A stretch of 64,000 nucleotides of DNA from Syntrophorhabdaceae bacterium. Lineage in GTDB: Bacteria; Desulfobacterota; Syntrophorhabdia; Syntrophorhabdales; Syntrophorhabdaceae. Under the pieces are notes generated by a model that did no database searches, was not told the origin of the DNA, and saw only the letters and a list, made by a program, of their open reading frames with translations. The translations under genes and the position numbers were made by a program. Location: positions 3,040,001 to 3,104,000 of the forward strand of contig OY762209.1 of assembly GCA_963665295.1 (NCBI GenBank). Direction: 5' to 3'. Below, piece by piece: positions 58,083 through 64,000 of this stretch (its first letter is position 1; every line of letters starts with the position of its first letter).

Positions 58083-59237
58083 ATGAGCCTGTTCCTGATC
58101 ACTTTCTTCCTTCTTTATGGAGCAATGCACTCCTACCTGGTGGTGAAGGCACACAACGCCTTCGGTTTTAGCCTCCGGACGCTGATTCCCCTGATCTTCG
58201 TCATGTTGGTCATGGTCTTTTCACCCGTTTTTGTACGCATGTCGGAGAAGGCGGGGTTCACAGGACCGGCATTGCCCATGGCTTACGCTACCTACGTGTG
58301 GATGGGTTTCCTTTTCCTGTTTTTCTGCAGTTCTTTCTGCCTCGACATAGGGAGGCTTGTGATCTACCTGGCCGGCCTTGCGACGGGAAGGACCCTGTTC
58401 CCCGCCGCTTTAGCGGACAGGCTACAATTCTATCTCGCCTTTTCCCTTGCGCTGGTGATCGCGGTGTATGGTTTTGTGGAGGCGGGGAGTATAAGGACCG
58501 AGCACATTGCCATCAAGACCGATAAACTTTCGCAACAGGTAGGGGCACTGAGGATCGTCCAGATTTCAGATGTGCATCTGGGCCTTGTGGCGAGAGAAGC
58601 GCGTCTCAAGGACATTGTGGACAAAGTGAAACAGGCAGACCCCGATATCCTTGTGTCCACAGGAGACCTCCTCGACGGTCAGACGGATTCCCTCGGCGCC
58701 ATGGCGCCCCTGCTTGATGAAGTCCGGCCCCGGTTCGGGAAGTTTGCCATAACAGGCAACCACGAGTTTTATGCGGGATTGGGGAATTTTACCACCTTCG
58801 CCGAAAAGGCCGGCTTCAGGGTGCTTCGTGGGGAGGGCACGGCTATCGAGGGCGTGATCAACGTAGCGGGCGTGGATGACGTTGCAGGAAGACCTATCGG
58901 CCTCTATAGAGGGGTCGAAGAAAAGGCGCTTCTCTCCTGCCTCGGCCCCGGGCGGTTCAATCTCCTCCTCAAGCACAGGCCGGATATTGACCCGGGCTCC
59001 GTGGGGTTCTTCGATCTGCAGCTTTCAGGCCATACCCATGATGGGCAGATATTCCCTTTCGCTTATGTAGTGAAGAGATTTTTCCCCATGGTGGCGGGCC
59101 GTTTCCCGCTTGGCAAGAACTCAGAGCTTTACGTGAGCCGGGGAACGGGTACATGGGGGCCTCCCATCCGGTTTCTTGCCCCTCCGGAGATAACGGTAAT
59201 TGAACTCAGATCGGGCGAGAAGGCGAATCAATTCTGA
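58083..59237 (+). CDS. Membrane-anchored metallophosphoesterase (YkuE/YaeI-like)
   Basis: N-terminal TMs, then QISDVH, TGDL, GNHE, LKH, SGHTH and VSRGTG. Confidence 0.92.
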   Translation: MSLFLITFFLLYGAMHSYLVVKAHNAFGFSLRTLIPLIFVMLVMVFSPVFVRMSEKAGFTGPALPMAYATYVWMGFLFLFFCSSFCLDIGRLVIYLAGLATGRTLFPAALADRLQFYLAFSLALVIAVYGFVEAGSIRTEHIAIKTDKLSQQVGALRIVQISDVHLGLVAREARLKDIVDKVKQADPDILVSTGDLLDGQTDSLGAMAPLLDEVRPRFGKFAITGNHEFYAGLGNFTTFAEKAGFRVLRGEGTAIEGVINVAGVDDVAGRPIGLYRGVEEKALLSCLGPGRFNLLLKHRPDIDPGSVGFFDLQLSGHTHDGQIFPFAYVVKRFFPMVAGRFPLGKNSELYVSRGTGTWGPPIRFLAPPEITVIELRSGEKANQF

Positions 59238-59243
59238 GGGGGC

Positions 59244-59675
59244 TTACTTGTCCCTGCACTCGGCGCAGATACCGTAAATGCACATTACGTGCCCCGTGAC
59301 GAGAAATCCATGGCGCCGGGCGAGTGCATCCTGCAACTCCTCTATCCTGGGATCGAAGGCTTCGACGGTTTTTCCGCACCGCTCACACATGATATGGTCG
59401 TGATGATCATGATCCACGTTATGCTCGTACCTGGTTACGCCGTCTCCGAACTGTACTTCCCGGGCAACACCCGATTGGACGAAGAGCCTCAGGTTGCGAT
59501 AGACGGTAGCCTGCCCTATGGTTTTGTCTTTTTTCTTGACCGCCGCAGTGAGATCCTCGGCGCTTTGATGACCCTCCACAAGGAGGAACTCATTGAGGAT
59601 AGCTTCTCGCTGTTCCGTCATCCTGAGGCCGTGGAGTGATAAATACTCGGCGAGAATTGTTTTTTCCCTTTGCAT
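59244..59675 (-). CDS. fur: Fur-family transcriptional regulator
   Basis: RMTEQREAI, H.SAEDL, ATVYRNL, YEH, HHDHIMCERC and CAEC. Start likely at ATG 59675. Confidence 0.88.
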   Translation of the reverse strand: MQREKTILAEYLSLHGLRMTEQREAILNEFLLVEGHQSAEDLTAAVKKKDKTIGQATVYRNLRLFVQSGVAREVQFGDGVTRYEHNVDHDHHDHIMCERCGKTVEAFDPRIEELQDALARRHGFLVTGHVMCIYGICAECRDK

Positions 59676-59770
59676 AACGTTAGTGGTAACAATACCACCC
59701 GTGTTTTTCCCTGTCAAGGCTCGCGCGCGGGACACGGCATGGAGCCGGGAACGGAAAGATGCCTGCCATA

Positions 59771-61174
59771 TCAGTCCCTTTGCCCCTTGGGCTCCATATG
59801 GGCGCCTATGGCAAAAACCATCTGGAGGTACACCTCGTGATTCGTTTCCGAACCACCGCCGTAGGCGGGATTCCCGCCGCCGGACCGGTCATAGTTGTAC
59901 TGCAGTCTGAACCGTGAATATTCGCTCGGGTTGAACTCCAGGGCTGCAGTCAGACGGTAGGGGTTGTGGAACCTTTGCGGTATTCCGGAGACGCTGTAGT
60001 CGCTGAGGAAAAGGTTGAGACGGTCATAACGCACGCCGATTCTCCATTTATCGACCTGATAGAGGGCCTGGATATATATGCCGTCTTGAGAGCGGGAGAG
60101 GTGGTCTATGGCATAGTTCGCCGTGTTCAGGAGATCGCCGGACTGGTTGCGCCGCATATATTCACCCTGAAGGGTGAGACTTCTCGTTTTCGAGGGCGCC
60201 CACGCGAAGAGGCACTCGAACCCGTACAGGGTCGAATCCCCACGAAAGAGGGTGCCGCCCGCCACAGAATCCGTTTCGGTTGAACCGTGTACCACGTAGG
60301 GGCCGAAGTAGATCTTTGCGGCTTCGTCGAATTTATGGGAGCCCTTGAGAAAACCCGTGAAAGCATGGGGCCCGCCGGAAGAATTCCGGTTGAACATAAC
60401 GTCGTTTTCGCCCTGGAGTGCCTCTACGCCGATGAGGGGCGAGAAGGGGAATGAAGGCCGGTATGTCAACTGGGCCCCCTTCTCCGTAATGCCGTCCCTT
60501 CCCGTGAACCCCCGGTATACGAGGGGAGCGTCGGCAAAGTCCCAATCGTGAGGATGGTTCTCATTATGGACACTGAAGTTGCTCCTGAACTTGCCGGCCT
60601 TCAGCCGCAGGTTTTCCGGAAGGGTTTTGGTGTAGAAGTACGCCTCTTCTATGGTCGATCCCTCTTCCTTGAACGACAGGACGCCGAAGAGGTCAAAATA
60701 CCTGTCCACAGGTGCGAAGAGGGCGATGGAAGCTTCATCGATATTGAAGCCCTTTGTCTGGTCGAGGCCGACACTGGAGTAGCCGGTAATGCCCCTGCTT
60801 TTGAGCTTTCTCTCGCTGACGTTCGAGGAGTAATAAAAGCTGTTAAGCACGAAGGTGACCGCAGGGTTCTTGACGTTTCTGAAGAAATCTCCCCATGCAC
60901 CCGACACCACGAGGCGGTTCCCCTCTTTCGCGTCCGGACCGTAGTCCGATTCAGGCGTGTAAAGGGTCGCCTCACCCGCGCTTTTGTCCGGGGCCTTCCC
61001 GGCGGCGGCCGTTTCTGTCCTTAGGCGATTGATAAGTTCACGCTGTTCCTCGATAGTCTTTTGCTGCTTCTTCAGTATTTCTTCGAGGACGGTCACCCGG
61101 GACTCCAGATCCGCAGAAAACGATGCCCCGGCGAAGAATAACAGCAAAACAGCGGCCAATATAAGCCGAATCAT
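59771..61174 (-). CDS. Putative outer-membrane beta-barrel metal-uptake protein with N-terminal coiled coil
   Basis: Signal peptide and coiled coil, then EEAYF, KAGKF, NENHPHDWDF, EYSRFRLQY and a C-terminal IGAH with alternating aromatic strands. Confidence 0.7.
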   Translation of the reverse strand: MIRLILAAVLLLFFAGASFSADLESRVTVLEEILKKQQKTIEEQRELINRLRTETAAAGKAPDKSAGEATLYTPESDYGPDAKEGNRLVVSGAWGDFFRNVKNPAVTFVLNSFYYSSNVSERKLKSRGITGYSSVGLDQTKGFNIDEASIALFAPVDRYFDLFGVLSFKEEGSTIEEAYFYTKTLPENLRLKAGKFRSNFSVHNENHPHDWDFADAPLVYRGFTGRDGITEKGAQLTYRPSFPFSPLIGVEALQGENDVMFNRNSSGGPHAFTGFLKGSHKFDEAAKIYFGPYVVHGSTETDSVAGGTLFRGDSTLYGFECLFAWAPSKTRSLTLQGEYMRRNQSGDLLNTANYAIDHLSRSQDGIYIQALYQVDKWRIGVRYDRLNLFLSDYSVSGIPQRFHNPYRLTAALEFNPSEYSRFRLQYNYDRSGGGNPAYGGGSETNHEVYLQMVFAIGAHMEPKGQRD

Positions 61175-61266
61175 GATTCCTCCTTTCACGGTTCAAGCCC
61201 CAGGTTCCCTGCGGTTTCCCGGTTTCCCGAACCGTTCCCGCAGGGACACACGGAAGGCGATAAAAC

Positions 61267-61285
61267 GATAATGAGACCCATTATC
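61267..61285. promoter_or_regulatory. Fur box
   Basis: GATAATGAGACCCATTATC matches GATAATGATAATCATTATC at 16/19. Confidence 0.75.
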
Positions 61286-61363
61286 AGACAAAGTACACAA
61301 TGAAAGCGCTCGGCGCTTGCTTATCTCCGCATCAGGGCGGATACCGGAGGCGCTTTATATGAG

Positions 61364-61382
61364 AATAATGATAATCATTATC
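61364..61382. promoter_or_regulatory. Fur box
   Basis: AATAATGATAATCATTATC matches the canonical Fur box at 18/19. Confidence 0.85.
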
Positions 61383-61465
61383 ATGATAGAATGATTATGT
61401 CAAGGGCAAATTGAGCCTGTCGGTATGGGGCCACATCTTTTGTGTAGTTTGTATCATTTTTTCTC

Positions 61466-61494
61466 TTGACAGAAATTAAGTCATACTTAATAAT
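61466..61494 (+). promoter_or_regulatory. Promoter with a palindromic operator upstream of the XRE regulator
   Basis: TTGACA (61466-61471), 17 nt, AATAAT. A perfect inverted repeat ATTAAGT-CAT-ACTTAAT lies at 61475-61491. Confidence 0.55.
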
Positions 61495-61527
61495 TGAATA
61501 AATACTTAAGCGAGAGGCCGGGATTAT

Positions 61528-62070
61528 ATGGACATCGGTCAGAAGGTCAGGCAAATGAGGGTAAAGAGAAACCTGAACATCAGGCAACTCTCGGACCTCG
61601 TGGAATGTACGCCCTCATTGATTTCTCAATTGGAGCGCGGCAAAACGGACCCGTCTATTTCCATGCTGAAAAGGATTGCAAAAGCCCTGGATGCGAATAT
61701 CGTTGATTTCTTCATGGAAAGGGTGGGGCTCGACGACGTGGTGACGGAGGCGAAGGACCGGGTCAATATTCAGCTAAAGAGGTGGGATGCCCACATACAA
61801 TCCCTCGTGAAGAATGTGACGAACAAGAAAATGCAGCCTTTCTACACGGTGATAAGGCCTGGGGGTGGCTCTCATGGGCTCTATTCCCATGATGGAGAGG
61901 AATTCGGTTTTATACTCAAAGGAGAGCTTGAGTTGATTCTCGATGATAAGGTACACAAGGTGCGAGCGAATGAGAGCTTCTACTTTTCCTCCCGGATTCC
62001 CCATAATTGGGGGAACACGGGCACGGAGGACGTAGTGGTCATATGGGTGATTACACCGCCCACTTTTTGA
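61528..62070 (+). CDS. XRE-family HTH plus cupin transcriptional regulator
   Basis: LISQLERGKTDPSISML HTH, then a cupin with HDGEEFG and PHNW. Confidence 0.93.
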   Translation: MDIGQKVRQMRVKRNLNIRQLSDLVECTPSLISQLERGKTDPSISMLKRIAKALDANIVDFFMERVGLDDVVTEAKDRVNIQLKRWDAHIQSLVKNVTNKKMQPFYTVIRPGGGSHGLYSHDGEEFGFILKGELELILDDKVHKVRANESFYFSSRIPHNWGNTGTEDVVVIWVITPPTF

Positions 62071-62203
62071 TGGGATTTTGAAGAAAGAAATGGGCAGGGC
62101 GCGCAAGGATGGGAGTGGCCATGGAGAAGGCGTTTAATTTAAGGGATATGGGAGTTGTCTGCGCCGGTTTGATGCGCGAGAATCAATATGAAGGAGGCTT
62201 CAA

Positions 62204-63691
62204 ATGGCGGTTCTGCCTGAAGTAGACAAGCACTATGGGAAACTGAAATTGTTCATTGACGGGAAGTGGGTGGAGCCTTCTTCCGGCGCGTATTTTGAGA
62301 CGACGAACCCGGCGACGGGCGAGGTTATCGCCGAGGCGCCGGTTGCGTCTCCCGGGGAAGTCGAAAAGGCCATTGCCGGCGCTCACGAGGCGTTCAAGAA
62401 ATGGCGGAACGTCCCTTTCAGGGATAGGACGAAGCTGGTATTCAGCCTGAGGGAGACCTTCGCGAGACACCATGAAGAGCTTGCAAGGGTTCTCGTGCAG
62501 GACCACGGATGTACCATCGATGAAGGGAGAGGCACCATCTCCCGATGCATGGAGAATATCGAAGCCGCGGGAAGCGCCATGTACAGCCTTTACAAGGGAG
62601 AGCATGTGGAGCAACTTGCCAACGGCATAGACTGTTACCTTATAAGAGAGCCCATGGGCGTGTTCCTTATCATAACGCCGGGAAACATCCCCATGCACGC
62701 ATGGTCGTCTTTCGTGCCCTATGCTCTTGCCACAGGGTGTACGGTCATAGTGAAGCCGAGCCGCCAATGCCCGGTATCGGCCGACGCCATGTTCAGAATG
62801 CTCGACGAGACGGGTTTCCCTCCCGGTGTGGCCAACCTGCTTCACATGGGGCCGGAGAGGGGGCTCAACAAGGTGATCCTGTCCGACCCCAGGGTAAAGG
62901 GCGTGGGACTCATCGGCTCGACGAGGGTGAGCAAGGAGTTGTTCGAGCTTTGCGGAAAATACGGCAAACGCTCTTCCCTGAACGGCAACGGTAAGAATTA
63001 CATCGTCATAATGCCTGACTGCAGTCTCGACGACGCGGTGCAATATATACTCCGAGGGTGCTTCGGCATGACGGGGCAACGATGCCTCGGCTCCGACAAT
63101 GTGGCGGTCATAGGAGAGACTGCGAGATATGAAGAATTGAAGGAGAAGCTGATCGCGGCTTCCAAGGCGATGAGGATAGGCTATGGCCTCGACGAGACCA
63201 CGGAGATGGGCCCTCTCACCACGAGTGAAGGACGAGAGAAGGTGTTCCGGTTCATCGAATCCGGACTTGAGGCAGGCGCCGTACTCCTCCTGGACGGACG
63301 CCTTGTGGCTGCGGAACTCGAAAAGGGTTATTTCATGGGTCCCACAATCTTTGAAGGCGTGACCACGGACATGCATATCGCGAGGGAAGAGGCCTTCGGC
63401 CCCATGTGCAATCTCCTGAGGGCCCGGGACCTTGATCAGGCGATAGAATGGATCAACGGGACAAACTACGGCCATTCCGCGTGCATTGTTACGGAAAGCG
63501 GGAAGAATGCCCGGAAGTTTATCAGGGAATGCGAAGTGGGTAATGTGGGCGTGAACGCGGGCATCCCTCAGCCGTACGCATTTTTCGGACTTGGGTCCAA
63601 GAAGGATTCCTTTTTCGGTAACTCCAAATCCAGGATGGATTCAGTGAAGCTGTTTCTCGATGAAAAGACGGTGACATTAAGGTGGGTGTGA
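62204..63691 (+). CDS. Aldehyde dehydrogenase, methylmalonate-semialdehyde dehydrogenase-like (probably CoA-acylating)
   Basis: NPATGE, ITPGNIP, KPS, GQRC and EEAFGP. LNGNGKN occupies the E-LGGK position, so the general-base Glu is absent. Confidence 0.85.
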   Translation: MAVLPEVDKHYGKLKLFIDGKWVEPSSGAYFETTNPATGEVIAEAPVASPGEVEKAIAGAHEAFKKWRNVPFRDRTKLVFSLRETFARHHEELARVLVQDHGCTIDEGRGTISRCMENIEAAGSAMYSLYKGEHVEQLANGIDCYLIREPMGVFLIITPGNIPMHAWSSFVPYALATGCTVIVKPSRQCPVSADAMFRMLDETGFPPGVANLLHMGPERGLNKVILSDPRVKGVGLIGSTRVSKELFELCGKYGKRSSLNGNGKNYIVIMPDCSLDDAVQYILRGCFGMTGQRCLGSDNVAVIGETARYEELKEKLIAASKAMRIGYGLDETTEMGPLTTSEGREKVFRFIESGLEAGAVLLLDGRLVAAELEKGYFMGPTIFEGVTTDMHIAREEAFGPMCNLLRARDLDQAIEWINGTNYGHSACIVTESGKNARKFIRECEVGNVGVNAGIPQPYAFFGLGSKKDSFFGNSKSRMDSVKLFLDEKTVTLRWV

Positions 63692-63848
63692 GCAGTCTTT
63701 TTTCCGGCTTCCCGCCTTCGGCGGCGTGAACCGCTTCGCCGGCCCAGGGACCCGCCCGTGGCTGAAAAAGGGCAACGGAATCTGATATACTGTAAGGGCT
63801 TGGTTAAGAGCCGCATGCAGATGCGGAGACAAAAAGGAGGAGAGCGCA

Positions 63849-64000
63849 ATGTGTGAAGAATGTGAAGACCTTGGCAGAAGGAATTTTCTGAAGAGTGCTC
63901 TTATCGGCGGTGCGGCGGTGGGAATGGGTCTTTTCGACCATAACCTTCTTCTGGCGCAGAACACCAACATAAAATTCAGCACCTGGCATCCACCTGTCAG
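63849..64000 (+). CDS. Tat-exported periplasmic protein, probably TRAP DctP substrate-binding protein (truncated by window end)
   Basis: Hand translation MCEECEDLGRRNFLKSALIGGAAVGMGLFDHNLLLAQNTNIKFSTWHPPV, with an AGGAGG SD. Confidence 0.65.
   Translation, partial: MCEECEDLGRRNFLKSALIGGAAVGMGLFDHNLLLAQNTNIKFSTWHPPV

Noticed and set aside
62183..63475. 430-aa minus-strand ORF
   Set aside because: Antisense shadow of the aldehyde dehydrogenase.

Overview
Chromosomal segment of an anaerobic, probably Gram-negative deltaproteobacterium-like organism. A syntroph is inferred from gene content only. No rRNA, tRNA, CRISPR array or prophage was seen. The left 14 kb is a minus-strand [FeFe]-hydrogenase locus. 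It opens with a regulatory cassette (DRTGG, RsbT/RsbW-like kinase, group D hydrogenase-like protein, DRTGG, PHP, HATPase). Then come a Rex-like box and hydD*-hydC-hydB-hydA, a second hydC, and a HydB::GltD/NfnB-like fusion that runs off the window start and is missing from the ORF track. The first HydB and HydD have lost the Fe-S ligands and motifs linked to electron bifurcation, while the second HydB keeps them. This is the most striking system here. Next are hydE, a nucleotidyl-cyclase-like gene converging on a non-canonical cNMP-binding gene, and a DUF6125-ald-iclR-TAXI-TRAP-CoA-transferase cluster. The middle carries gpsA, gyrA, truA, TPR and GGDEF genes, an endonuclease V with an Asp-to-Asn change at a catalytic site, a four-gene kinase cluster, and a complete IS1380 with TIRs and a 4-bp duplication. 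The right part has corA, an oxygen/iron block (fprA, a rubredoxin missed by the ORF track, rbr, Isf-like gene, feoA::feoB), a Fur-boxed outer-membrane protein plus fur, and the start of an XRE/ALDH/TRAP catabolic operon.
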